This document shows positions 13,646 to 26,474 of a DNA stretch of 64,000 nucleotides, one piece after another. Origin of the DNA: Octopus sinensis (Eukaryota); the NCBI RefSeq assembly GCF_006345805.1, contig NC_042997.1:37138001-37202000 (forward strand), written 5' to 3'. Under the pieces are notes generated by a model. That model had not been told where the DNA came from. It searched no databases and was given only the letters and a program-made list of their open reading frames with translations. A program made the translations under genes and the position numbers. Position 1 is the stretch's first letter. Every line of letters begins with the position of its first letter.

Positions 13646-14459
13646 TGTGTGTGTATGTAATGCATGAGATTGTTTGTGTACGTGTGTATGTGCTTGTGTT
13701 TGTACGTCGGTTTGTTTATGTGTTCCTGTGCGATTTTCTTTATATTAAATTTAATATATTTTATGAATATTATATCGAAATAATGCACACATACTTATTC
13801 TCCTCCTACGTTTTCTATCTCCTGTTATAAGTGTATTTACGCAGGGTTTCGTTTGAAAATATCTCTCAATACAAATTAGTGTCAATTAAGTATACGATTA
13901 GTAATAAAATTTAAGTAGCGATTGACCAAGTAATTTCTATTTTCACTTAAGTGGGAAGTTTGGCATGATGGAAATTATGTAAGTTTTATAACATTTAAAC
14001 TTCTTACTAGAATCCATCAGAGATTGTAACACATTTACAAGCAATTATAAGTTAATTTTCCAATTAATTTTAAAGATTTAATCGCAGCAGGACTTACACA
14101 TATTTCGCTATAACTCTATTAATTAAATATAAACCTTACCCATGTTGTAAAATTACAAACAATAAAAATAGCACTGATTTACTGATATAATTAAATATAA
14201 AAAACTACAAGCCGTTGCTTTGAAATAGTAAACAATTTAACTTAAATGTATTTAAAAGCGCTCGATTAGTTTGATTATTGATTGCATAAATGGTAAAATC
14301 GATCATTAGTTTTAAAGAGATTATTATGTTCTTGTATAAAATGATAATTAAAACCACACATGAATAGGTGAATTAAAACAGTTTCGTGAGTGTAGGTGTT
14401 TTCAAACGGAGAATATATCTTAAACACACATGCGCGTACAGACGCAGATACACACATAA

Positions 14460-14500
<41 letters not shown>

Positions 14501-14646
14501 TAGACATATATATATAGACATATATATTATATACATACATACGTACATAAGAATATTTGTGTGTGTGTAAAGAGAGAGAGAGAGAGTGAGATAGATATAT
14601 ATATAGATAGATAGATTGATAGATAGATAGACGTATACAGTGCGTT

Positions 14647-14696
<50 letters not shown>

Positions 14697-14769
14697 TGTG
14701 TGTGTGTGTGTGTGTGTGTATTGGTAGACCTACAAGTAATATCTGAGTATGTATAATCATACTAAGTAT

Positions 14770-15500
14770 TGAAGACGTTAGCATTCGCAGTAAGACTAAT
14801 ACCAGGTTGTCTTACTCTGTAATGCCAAATTTCACCTCCATTATTGCATCTATAAATAGAAGCAAGTCAAATGAGCAAGGCCGCTGGAGATCTTCTGATG
14901 GAAACCCCGGTTCTGGGCAGATAAGATCTGATACGCATAAGGTTAGAGATGCCAATGTTTTGCTCCCACTGAGTGTATCGATCCCCAGTATTGAGAGATA
15001 TGAAAGAGTGACTGTGGGAAATCTGACAACTATTGTTGGTAGTAGAAATAATGTTAGGGATGGCCCTGGGAAATCGTGTAATTGTAGAAACCCTGAATTA
15101 TGTCCCCTTGATGGGTTATGTCTAATTACTAATGCAATATATAACTGCGTTGTTCACGATGAGGATCAAAAAGATAAGTTTTATATAGGTAATAAAATAG
15201 ATTATAAGATTAGGTATAGGGCCCACATGAAGTGGTTGTCAAATGAAAAATACTGTAGCTCTACCACACTTGCGTCTTATATACACGACCTAAAGAGGAA
15301 TAGTAAGAGTTATTCTCTGGAATGGTCCGTTATTTCGAGAGCCCCTTACTTCAGAGTAAATAAAAATAAGTGTAAGTTGTGTGTAAAGTCCTTTGGCCCA
15401 AAATAAGTGTAAAGTTGTGTGTAAAGTCCTTTGGGCCAAAAACTTTGAATAGATTTACTGAGCTCATCCCTTTTTGAAAGTATATAGAAATAAAAGTAGA
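14770..15500 (+). mobile_element. Penelope-like GIY-YIG endonuclease fragment (Neptune-type Cys pattern)
   Basis: ORF 14807-15406: RLSYSVMPN..SCNCRNPELCPLDGLCL..FYIG..RYRAH..STTLASYIHDLK..WSVISRAPY..CKLC; internal ~38-bp tandem duplication at ~15362-15440. Confidence 0.85.
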
Positions 15501-15699
15501 TATAATTAAATTGTTTAGCCTTACGGGGATTCGAAACCAGCGAGGTTATATTTCTGTTAATTTCAGCCACTTGAGTGTTTAGCAATAGATTTTTTTAAAG
15601 AAAATTTGAACGTGTCCGCTGAAGGGTTTTTGTTTTAAATTATATAACATTTTCATGAAACGTAAAAGCATTTCATAATTTTTATTTTTGATCTGTGCG

Positions 15700-16720
15700 T
15701 GTTTCCTGTTTGCGCTTGAGTTAAAGTATTATCGTGTTTTTGTGCTGCTTTGCAGCGGTTGACCGGCTGTGGGTTGCAGTTTCGAGGACGTTTCAACTGT
15801 GTGATTTGTTGCCGAAGTACTTAGCCAGAAGAAATGGCGAGGAAGGACGTTTACTCGGACCTCAGTGAGTCGGATTTGTCAACCTCTGAGGAGGATTTGG
15901 CAATGGTGGTCAGTAAGTTGGAGAAGGTGTTGCAAGGAAGAGCAACTTACGCAGGAGCGATGAAACCAACCAGAAAAGAGGTAGACCTGTCTAAGTTACC
16001 GGATTGCCAAAAAATGGTAAAGAAAGTAGGCGGAGACGCCGAGTTGTCACCGCCAAGGAAAATGATAAAAAGATTTCGAGAGGAAAACAATAACTTACAG
16101 AGTGTTCACCACAGAAAAATGAAGAGTAGATTTGGTTGGTATTGAAACAGTGGAGGAGGCATTAAGAACTACAGCAGGAGAGATAATATTTGTCGAAAGA
16201 GGGAATAAGTAAGGCAATATGGTGCCGTACATATTCCCCGCTGTAGCAGAAGAGATTGCTAGAAGGATAACTGCAACGACTATTAAAACGGATAAAGTAT
16301 TCCTTCTACCCTCATATCTGGGAAGGAAAACAACCAGGGTGGAAGAAATACCGCCAGATGTAGAGGCGGAGTGGATAGTGGCAGCCATCCTCATTGATAA
16401 TGAGGACAAATTGGACATCCTTCAAGCCACGATAGCGTACGAAGGGAAATGGAGAGGAGCAACACTAGAAAATAGTAGACCAGGTAGAAGCCGAAGCAAT
16501 TGAGAAGGCGTTGTGCACGGTATCTAAAGATATAGCGTGTTTGGCAGAAGAAGCAAATATGGGACGGTGGTGGCCCAGTCCAAGTCGGAAGAAGTAGGAA
16601 GGAGGCTGGCTGTAAACACGATGAATAAAGTGGTCCTTCTACCCATGTATCTTCGAAGTATGTTATCGAAGATCAGAGTAGAGGGAATCTCGCCAGACAT
16701 ACATCACACATACACCAACC
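15700..16720 (+). mobile_element. Decayed ORF1-like region of a non-LTR (Tx1/L1-type) retrotransposon
   Basis: GC-richer purine-biased block with broken ORFs (15834-16145, 16219-16503, 16537-16749) containing an internally repeated KVxLLPxY(L)..(T/I)RVExIxPD unit; family assignment from recalled similarity only. Confidence 0.5.
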
Positions 16721-16971
16721 CACCCATTCCTTTCCTTCACAATGTATAAAACAAAGAGAAAAAGACACCACAAGATACACAAAATCCCATCCCCCGTGCA
16801 AATAGCTATATGTATGTGTGTCTGTCCGTTTGTGTGTGTGTGTGTGTATAAATATACATACATATACATACAAACCCACATCACATATATGTATGGATAT
16901 TTCGTAGCTCGTATGAGTAAATGTTTGTATTTTCCGAACTAATAAACACCCCCTCGCGCGCGCTGCCGGCT

Positions 16972-17062
<91 letters not shown>

Positions 17063-18012
17063 GTCTATCTCTCGATCTCCCACGCACTCGCTCAAATATA
17101 CATGCATTTCTGTTTCACGAACAAACCTCACACTTTAGGGAGTACTGATGTGGAAAATTATAACAACCACCCGACTGTTATTTTGTGTGTTGTCTAGAAT
17201 GTAAGTAACATCTATAGCGGAAAAGACCTTCAAATTACCGCAAAAGCGTATTATTGTTGTATATCTTAATATAATATGCTTATAATATGTTGATACATTG
17301 TATTTTTCCAGCAGTTTTCAAAGGTTTTGTTTTCCCTCTGCAAATACATATTAGATTATCTTACATTTTTTAAAGTGAATAGTTTGTCATAGAAACAGCA
17401 GTAAAATATCGCCTTATCACTTTTATACATTCAGTTACTTGTTTAAAAGTTTATTAATCAAATCTAATGTTTCAAAAGTTTTTACAGCTGTAATATTTTA
17501 TATCGTCATAAGGTTCAAAGTATCAATATATTTTAATACGTACGTTAGATGTTTCCGTTTATTTATTTTCCATATATGAGAAGATATTTTAAAAGCGTAA
17601 GAAAACGAGAAAGTTATGTTCTAATAAATGTACATGTGTGTGCTTTTAAGTTCATATACGTGTTTAATTTTTATGTCGTATCGACGATTTGTCAATGATA
17701 ATTTACAACAATATTATTGATTTTGATTCAAAGTATTCTATTTCGTGTAAGGGAAAGCTGTTTCAAATCAGACTTATATTACAGAAAATAAATCATTGAA
17801 GTATGTTCATTTAACCTAGTGTTTCAAACAATACTGACAGTGTCGCCAATAGTCTACATCGCATTTGAGTCGGATCAAGACTAATTGCTTGACTCCTGCA
17901 ACTGGTAGTCATCCCAGGTGTCAGAATGTGGGCACGACTACACATAAATATAAATTATTCATATGTAAATACTTACTGATACTTATATATAGTTATCATC
18001 TTATTCAATTCA

Positions 18013-18080
<68 letters not shown>

Positions 18081-18123
18081 GAATATATGCAAAACACAAT
18101 ATCTATTAAACTATCAATGGAGT

Positions 18124-18422
18124 GAAGACGTATAGCTTATTGGCTAGGGCATCCGGATAGCAATCGTAAGGTTGTGTCTCCTAATCTCGGCAGCATGTTT
18201 GTGTGAAAATAACATTTTTACGTTGCTGCAGTCCACTTAGCTTACAAAAATGAGTACTGCCTGCATTTCAAAAGGCAATTCACATTACATTCCCTGTCCC
18301 GATAAATCTCCGAAGAATTACTTTAATATTACGCGTTCCTTTGTTTCCTCGTGATACTTTCAAGAGCAGGCTCTTCCGTTGCTCGGATCAAACTGAGTAC
18401 TAGTCGTCCTTACGACAGAATG
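18124..18422 (+). mobile_element. Diverged tRNA-derived SINE
   Basis: Head GAAGACGTATAGCTTATTGGCTAGGG, core ACGTTGCTGCAGTCCACTTAGC..AAAAATGAGTA, tail GAGCAGGCTCTTCCGTTGCTCGGATCAA shared with other copies. Confidence 0.7.
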
Positions 18423-18427
18423 CTAGT

Positions 18428-18453
<26 letters not shown>

Positions 18454-18463
<10 letters not shown>

Positions 18464-19169
18464 GAGGGCATTATTATACATAGATGCCACACGCTAAGAG
18501 GGACAAAAAGTCATTTCTACCAAAAATTTTACTCATCCCACCGAATGCAATCTTTCAAAGCAAGACGTTAAAAAAAATATAGACTTGTATCACCTGTGAT
18601 TTCGTACTTCTGTACTCTTCAGCAAGCCTGGACGTATCATAAATAAACGTCTCGTCGAAGCCAAGCAGCTAACTGCTCAACGTCAACGAAGCACATGGGG
18701 GAGTTTACATATATTACATCCGGTAAATGGCAGGCTTCTTCGAATTGCATTTCGGATAGGAAAAGTTTTTTCGGAATAAAAATTATTTAGCAATTAAGGA
18801 CAACCTCTTAATAAGGAATCTTAATAAGAAATTATCGGGTAGATAGCGTGAAAAACCTCATAAGAGAAAAATTTCGAAAATAATTTTTCCTTATTGAACA
18901 TATTAATTTATATATAGAGGGCATTATTATACATAGATGCCACACGTTAAGAGGGACACAAAGTCATTTCTACCAAAAATTTTACTTATCCCACCGAATG
19001 CAATCTTTCAGCGTGTGGCATCTATGTATAATAATGCCCTCTATATATAATTAATATGTTCAATAAGGAAAAATTATTTTCGAAATTTTTCTCTTATGAG
19101 GCTTTTCACGCTATCTACCCGATAATTTCTTATTAAGATTCCTTATTAAGAGATTGTCCTTAATTGCTA
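18454..19169. repeat. Local direct plus inverted duplication
   Basis: ~104-bp direct copies at 18454-18557 and 18907-19010; ~159-bp inverted arms at 18788-18946 and 19012-19169 with about three differences. Confidence 0.9.
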
Positions 19170-19192
19170 TATATATATATATTATATATATA

Positions 19193-19237
<45 letters not shown>

Positions 19238-19393
19238 CCACTTAAATGTGGCTAACCGTTAAGGGTTGATGCTACTGTAGCTTGTAGACCTAGCTAGACA
19301 TCTCCTCCAGCATGCTATTGACAAACAATATGTGCCCTATCATAATTTGCAAAGGGAATTCATCATTTCCTTTTCCAGCCTAACCTAAAACCA

Positions 19394-19432
19394 ACGGACC
19401 CTGGTTTCTGCGTATCGACTCGTCATCAGCGT
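19394..19432 (-). ncRNA. Degenerate type I hammerhead ribozyme candidate
   Basis: ACG CTGATGA cgagtcgatacgca GAAA CCAGGG TC CGT: canonical core and GUC site, 3-bp stem I, poor stem II. Confidence 0.4.
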
Positions 19433-19542
19433 GACACACCCACCGGTTGGCGATATGAAGTGGTTCCCAATGCATATATAGACATTTTCCAGTAATGAAA
19501 AGTCACTTTTTCGAGATCAGGGATATTTCGTCCCTGGAAAAA

Positions 19543-19591
<49 letters not shown>

Positions 19592-19759
19592 GAAAATAGT
19601 AAAAAGTGAAAAACCTACAGAAGGCTTGTTTTAAAAGGTTAAAAAATATATATTTGAGTCAATATGTCTGAAGATGTTATAAATTTTTTTCATACAATGA
19701 CATAATTTAGAAGAAATAACCGGTTTCGCGTATATATATTCGCATTAGGAACCACTTCG

Positions 19760-22550
19760 CAACGCCGCCCGGCTTTTTTGTTGTTTTTTGGAGAAGATCT
19801 AGCTGAATTGTTTCAGGGAGGCCGCCATTGCTGGGTGGTGGTGGGTAACTGAGACGAAGTTGTGCAAGACCTACTGGAGAGTGAGTTCCCCTAGAAACAC
19901 GTGTGCTGAAACAGATGTTGCAGTGAAATGGAGAGCTGATACAGAAATAGTGTGGTCACATTCAGTCCATCGTCACATTAAGCCCCTACTAACAATTTAT
20001 CGAAGAATGCTGTAGAACCTCCACCACTCGATCTACAAAGCAGCAATCTTCCGTCGGAAAAAAAAAAAACTAGCGAAATCGGGAAACATTTGTCCTGCTA
20101 GCGGAGACCACACACGTTCACCTTCCAGGAGACTTCTGAGATGCCTCAGCCTCCACGCATGCCTGCGTATCATCGTCGTAGGCATCTCTAATCTGCCCAT
20201 TAATGGTCTTTGACAACAGATAGAGCGTCTCACAAGTAGCGACGTATTCTTACACTAAAAGAACAGCTGTCTCTCCAAGTTGATTAACCACGAATTCGGG
20301 CAAGGTACGACGGCCAGGCGGTAGATAACGACCGATGCCATAAACACATTGGCCACATCCGCCCTCCCGTTCAGGGATAGCCAGCGCCAAGAGCAGGTCT
20401 TTACTACAGATGCCACCCTGCTCGAAACTTCAGCGCAATTCTTCACTACTTGGAGACCTGGTCCAAACCAGAACCCTAGCAACTTTACCGGTCCCTTCGC
20501 CCAGCGTCCAATGACACTATCTGAAGGAATCAACGTTCCCCTCCACGTGCCGAGTTGCAAGCCGACTAATTTTTCCCATTTAATCTTTGCTCGTGCCACC
20601 ATCTTGTAAACATCTATAGCCTCGCCTACGTCATGTAGGCGTGCCATTGTGGTCACGCTGATGATAATGTCATAACCTCTCGGGATGCTACTCAACCTTC
20701 GCAGTAGCGGCTCGGGAACCACCACATACAATATTGGTATGAGCGGACATCCTTGGCGAACCGAGCGTATCATATAGAACGGTTGTGACAGAAACCCCAT
20801 CAGACGAACTACCGTGTTAATGTTGTGATACAATTGAATGATCGACCTAATGAAGTCCAGACTCAGGCCAAACTGCGCAGGAACAGTCACCAGTAACCGA
20901 TGGTAAACCCTATCGAAAGCTTTAGATTGGTCTACACGTACCAATGCCCCTCCTCTTCCAGATTTGTCCCACAAACTCTCTAGGGTATAGCGAATAAGGT
21001 GGAGATTATCTGAATGGTTCTGCCGGCAATGGTACATGTCTGTGCTCCCCCCACGACCAGTCTATCCGCGCCAAGCGCCGAAATTTTGTTAATGCCTTGG
21101 ACAAAATCTTCACTTCTGCATTTAACAGAATACTGAGCCTGAAATTATCTAAACAGTCCCCCTTTTTCAGAGCCTTTCTGACCAGTATCACCACTCCCCA
21201 GTGTACAGATCCTGGGATAAACCCATTCTGATGCCAGTTCGCGTACACATTAGCCAGCAGGTGCCCGAACTAGTCTGGCATACATTTATACAGCTCGTAG
21301 GGAAGACCATCCAATCTCGGCGACCTACCCACGCCACATACGCCATAGCCACAATCACCTCCCCAAGAATGATCGGGCCTTCGCAAGACTTCGTTTCCGG
21401 CCCTGAGAGGCGCGGCAGACCAGGAAGGAAGCCCTCAAGTTCTCCCCTAACATCCGGCGCGCCTCCACCCCCGAACATCCGGGCGAAGTACTCATGAAAG
21501 GCATCACAAATTTCCTCGGGTTCGTTTACCAATACACCTTGAAGATTCACCATAGACCGAATAGTGGAGTCATTTCCACGTTGGGCTTCCACCAATAGGG
21601 CCCATCAAGCGGCCTTGATTCCTTCACAGCCCATTGCACGCATTTTCGCTCTCAAAATACACCCCGTGTGTTGGGCTTCGAGGTGCTGGTTCAATTTCAG
21701 TCTCTTCAAATTCACATTGCTAGTCCTCATGACTTCCTCTAAATTCTTAACTAGACCATTTCCTTTCTCACGTTTCCTTTTAACTAGGCCCATGCTATAT
21801 CTAATAGACTCATATTTTATGGCTCGTTTTAGGGCGTTCCCCCATTTGTTATTAATCACGGTACCTATTACCGCCCTCTGAATTAACTGCTTTATCCGCT
21901 TTCTGTACTCCTCAATCGACAAAAGGGACGTGTTGAATTTCCAATAGCCAGATCCCTGTCTATGCATCTTATCTAGGTTCAGCTTACATGTAATCATCTT
22001 GTGGTCACTGTAGCTGACGGGAGAAAACTGTGGACACTTAACTATACTCTTATACAGCTTTCTAATCAAAATCCTATCTAAATGTGATCTGGGAAACCCG
22101 TTGTTGTTTGATCATATCCGCAATGCAGCGTCCGGGTTTTCCAGCCTATATGGGTCTGCCAGCTGGAACTAGCTTAGCAGATCCCGAAAGCCAAGTTATA
22201 TGTGTCGTATCCGGTCTGGAGCCAACAGAATCTACACGCGCATCGTAGATTGTGTTAAAGTCTCCTAACAGAACGGAAGAATGCGACGTGGCTAGAAATT
22301 TCCCTAGGTCACGAAAATATTCACTTTGTGGACCAATAATAATGGGTGTATAAACTGCATCCAGCCTGACGCGTTTCTCGTAGCCGTTCAGGAGGGGTAG
22401 CAGATCTCTTTGCCCATCAATCAGGTTGTTGAAGCAACAAACATCTAAATCCCACGACCTGATGTCATGTAGGAAGTGTCCTCGCTTCCAGCTCGACATC
22501 AGACAACGTACACTCAAGCAACCAATGTGAATAGCCATAAAGTTCTCTTA
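19760..22550 (-). mobile_element. Decayed L1/Tx1-type LINE ORF2 (APE endonuclease + RT)
   Basis: MAIHIGCLSVRCL.., VLLGDFN, SYSDHKMI, GSGYWKFNTSLL (APE); DNFRLSILLNAEVKILSKAL, DQSKAFDRV, RSVRQGCPL, WSWRWLSLNGRA-type (RT and C-terminal); multiple frameshifts. 3' limit uncertain. Confidence 0.9.
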
Positions 22551-22551
22551 C

Positions 22552-23467
22552 CTTTTTATTTGAATTATTGGATTTTTTCCTTTTGAACGGCAGTTTTCAA
22601 CACATTTTCTAGTTAACTAAACACTTTTAAACTTCGTATACTGGTAGAATGTGTTTATAAAACATCATTTTTTCTTGGCTTTATTGAGAAAATTCTATAG
22701 TTTGTAAGATATGTCTACTTTAATTTCGAGCATTTCGGCAATTTTAACCAATCGCTGGAGATCATTTTGGGTGAAAATATTCCGTGTGTATGAATATGTC
22801 CCTCGTTTAAGAAAGAGATTGGGTTTATTTACATTTGCGAAGAAAAAGAGATACCCTTCCCCACCCCTATCCCTATCCCTAACCCTACCCCTAACCCTAA
22901 CCCCACCCCTAACCCTAACTAACCCTAACCCTAAAACAGATTGAAATGCAATAGATCGATACTAGGGTTATAATTATGGGTGATATTTTCATTTGACACA
23001 GCTAGAAAAAAATTCCATTTTCCGTAGCAGCGTCGTATGAAATTGTCACCCATAATTATAACACTAGTATCGATCTATTGCATTTCAATCTGTTTTAGGG
23101 TTATGGTTAGGGTTAGAGGTGGGGTTAGGGTTAAGGTTAGGGTTAGGGTTAGGGGTGGGGAAGGGTATCTCTTTTTCTTCGCAAATGAAATAAACCCAAT
23201 CTGTTTCTTAAACGAGGACATATTCATACAGCACGGAATGTTTTCACCCCAAATGGACTCCAGCGATTGGTTAAAATTGCCGAAATGCTCGAAATTAAAC
23301 TGGAAATATCTTACAAACTATAGAATTTTCTCAATAAAGCCAAGAAAAATGATGTTTTATAAACATATTCTACCAGTATACGAAGTTTAAAAGTGTTTAG
23401 TTAACTAGAAATTGTGTTGACATATGCCGTTCAAAAGGAAAATATCCGAATTATTAAGCGGAGGGGG
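22552..23467. mobile_element. Fold-back/MITE-like palindromic element with internal telomeric-type repeats
   Basis: ~450-bp imperfect inverted arms around a ~20-nt loop (23005-23024); (CCCTAA)n-like at 22865-22933 and (TTAGGG)n-like at 23095-23155. Confidence 0.9.
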
Positions 23468-24540
23468 AATCTCCACCTTTTCCTTTTCTTCCTCTCGTGG
23501 GATCGAGACCGGTAACCCATTAAATATAGAATTATTAAAGACCATTCTCATCGTATATACTGTCTTATGGTATTTGTTCTGTAACATTCTATTGGGGACT
23601 TCATACACATCATAGTTGGTAAATTTCTCCGAAATGTTATCAATTTTTTTACACTCTTTTACAGTTGAATGTCTCTCATTAGCTCGGTGTCTTTAGTATA
23701 TATTGCTATTATGCCATTTTTTCGCTTTTTTCTTTTCTTGCGGTCTTTTTTGCTCGTTGGTCTGAAGTAGTCGCCACTCTCGATTGAGTTGCTCTTTGTA
23801 TTTTTCTTTTGTTTCTTGTTCTCTTCTCTTCTTTTACTTTCTTCTTCTTCCTCTTGTCTTCGTTCTCCTCGTCCTCTCTTTCGTTGCAATTCTTTGGTAT
23901 GTGGCCTAATTGGCCACACACAATACATCGGGGTTTTCGTCCCTCAACAAACAATTTGAGGGCACCCTCCCCTATCTCAATTATCTCTAGGATCGCTTCA
24001 GTTGTTTTAGGTTCCGCCTGAATGAGGAGATTCAATTTGACCAGTGCAGTTAGCTTTTTCAGTGACAGCAGCTTTTTCAGTGCAGTTATCTTTTTCAGAT
24101 ACAGTTTCTCCCGGGTTGATTAGGACTGCCACAGAAAGCTTTGACGAGCTTTCTGACACGTCTCCAAATAATTCCGACATTTTATAATTCTTGGCAACGG
24201 GGGAATCAAAACTTTTATGTTCACTGGTCGACGACCTGTAATTCTTCCTCCCAACGGGTGAATGAAAAATTTATTTATCAGTATTTGTCTCCTCTCCAGA
24301 CGACATGTAATTCTTCCTTTCAACGGAGGAAACAAATATTCCGGTTCCAATGGCAGGCTCCTCGCCAGACGACATTCTTCCCTCCAACGTAGGAATGCGT
24401 GCCTTCTACAAGCACTTAGTTTTCCCATGAAAACTTCAGCAGTTATTAACAAATTCAACAGTTTAACAAGAAACATCAGTTATTGACAGTATTAACAATA
24501 AGCAATAGCAATTTTCACAACGAACGACGAACTCACTACA
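23468..24540 (-). mobile_element. ORF1-like region with gag-type zinc knuckle, probably 5' part of the Tx1-type LINE
   Basis: ORF 23709-24035 contains CIVCGQLGHIPKNC (CX2CX4HX4C) followed by a K/E/R-rich tract; same strand and directly upstream of ORF2 once the fold-back is removed. Confidence 0.7.
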
Positions 24541-25199
24541 CGTGGTTATTCTTTTAATGTCTATGAAAGATTGAGAAAAAACATTTGGTTAAGCTTTTTC
24601 TTTAAAGAAAAGGAAAAAATAAAATAAGCAAAACCTGTATCGATATGAATGAACATTTGTTTAAAACGTTTTAAAGTTGTAAGGTGAATGCGAAAAGGGT
24701 AGTCGCAGTTTCGTTTCGGAGCGTGGCTGGATATTGTTATTTAAAATGTAAAGTTTAAAGGAAAAGAGAATTCACGGGTTCATCTCCGAGCGGGAGCGAT
24801 ATATGCGTTTCATTTTCATTGTAAATTAATTCATTTTACATTCATCATTTCATGTGTTTTTTTGTTCCCGCATGTCTGTGCATGGCCCCTATGTATTAGG
24901 CCTTGTGTCTGTAATAAAGAATAAGATCGCCGCCCGATTTTTTTTGCATCATTTTTGGGAATTTCTGCTACCCTGTTATATGAGTTCGCCTTTGGCTTGT
25001 TACCTGTTTCATTTTTAAATTTTATTTGTGTATTACTTTGAATCGAACTGTTGTACGTTGTAGGACATTAATTTTCGCCCTACAAACAGAAAATTTTATT
25101 GTGGAACTTTTTTAAAAATATATTATGAAATAATATTTACTATTTTTACCCGTTAACGGGCGCTGAATTATCTGAAAAATTGTCATTTAATCTAACAGC

Positions 25200-25580
25200 A
25201 GAATTCTGCAACATGCCACACAAACACGAAAACCCAGTCATGGCTGTCACACTTTTCCAACTACATCATCTCCTAACATCTGACCACATAATTCCCCAGA
25301 CAGAACCACTCTTGATTATTGTGTGGGACGCAGCTGAGCGAGAGACTAAAAAAAATTCGTGTAACACCAAAGCTGAACTGAAGGCATTGATTATGGCAGC
25401 ATTCACCAACATAAATGAGACCGCTCAGAAGAGTTGCAGGAGTTTCCAAAGACGTCTGGAGACCGTGGGTTAAGCCAATGACGATTTTATTGCGTAAATT
25501 TACTCTTCAATATTTCAAGATATTCTTATGTAATTGTGGTAAATATATCTGTTAAATATATCTGTTATTTTCACTTTTTG
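25200..25580 (+). mobile_element. Tc1/mariner transposase C-terminal fragment
   Basis: VWDAAERETKKNSCNTKAELKALIMAAFTN..RRLETVG; same family as 1735-2539. Confidence 0.8.
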
Positions 25581-25596
25581 CGTAACCTAGTCAATT

Positions 25597-25650
<54 letters not shown>

Positions 25651-25865
25651 GAGGAGAGAGAGAGAAACATATACATCATTGACTAGAGAAAATATGTATA
25701 TAAATCATGGATTAGAGAACGAACGTTAGAACATCAGACACGGGCCAACGACTCTATATACCCCGTGCTTCTATACATTTTATCATAAACAAATAATACC
25801 ATGCCTTTCACATATGAAAGAAATGCATATATAAACACCAAAGATAAATCCAAACCAGGGAGTTC

Positions 25866-25917
25866 TGAGCTGATGATAGAAGTGTCGTGTTGACTAATCT
25901 TGAAACGTACGTTCTCA
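25866..25917 (+). ncRNA. Type I hammerhead ribozyme motif, copy 1
   Basis: TGAG CTGATGA t-aga..gtc-gtgtt-gac..tct-t GAAA CGTACG T T CTCA: stem I TGAG/CTCA, palindromic stem III ACGTACGT, GUU cleavage triplet. Confidence 0.6.
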
Positions 25918-26422
25918 AATAACCTTTGCACTTGATTTTTTAATGTCTCTACCCCCATATTTGCGTGAGTTGAATTGAGCAAACACTATATGAGAGAGGT
26001 TTTCTTTAAGTATTAGAAATAGTTTTAAAAATGTTTTTTTAGCTGCTATTTCTAATGAGTTCAGTATGCGGCAAAGTAATTTATTTTACTAAGCCCTTTT
26101 ATATAATGTAATAATTTGAATTCGCCTTAGATGGTCCCTTTGCATACTGAACACTTGGTGAAATTGATTAATTAATTAATTTTACCCTCAATTGTTGAAA
26201 TTATAATTCATCTCTCTCTATATAATGCCGCGGATTTTACCGAAAAAAGCATAGTGTTTGCTGATTTTAACCCACGCTGGTGGAAAGGGGAGAGCAGAAA
26301 TTCTTCGCTTGCATTTTTGAGTTTGTTGGCACTGTTAGTTGCGAGCAGATCTTCGGAAGCGAGAGGAGGCCGAGAGGGTATGCTCCTACTTTCAGTGTTT
26401 TCAAATCCAAACCAGGGAGTTC

Positions 26423-26474
26423 TGAGCTGATGATAGAAGTGTCGTGTTGACTAATCTTGAAACGTACGTTCTCA
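26423..26474 (+). ncRNA. Type I hammerhead ribozyme motif, copy 2
   Basis: Identical to 25866-25917, 557 bp downstream. Confidence 0.6.

Noticed and set aside
15612-15670. CTGAAGG..GAAACGTA after the Neptune-type fragment
   Set aside because: A9 altered and no stem I or II pairing.
24700-24925. Possible LINE 3' UTR ending ..GTGTCTGTAATAAAGAATA
   Set aside because: Resemblance only from memory; nothing within the window to support it.
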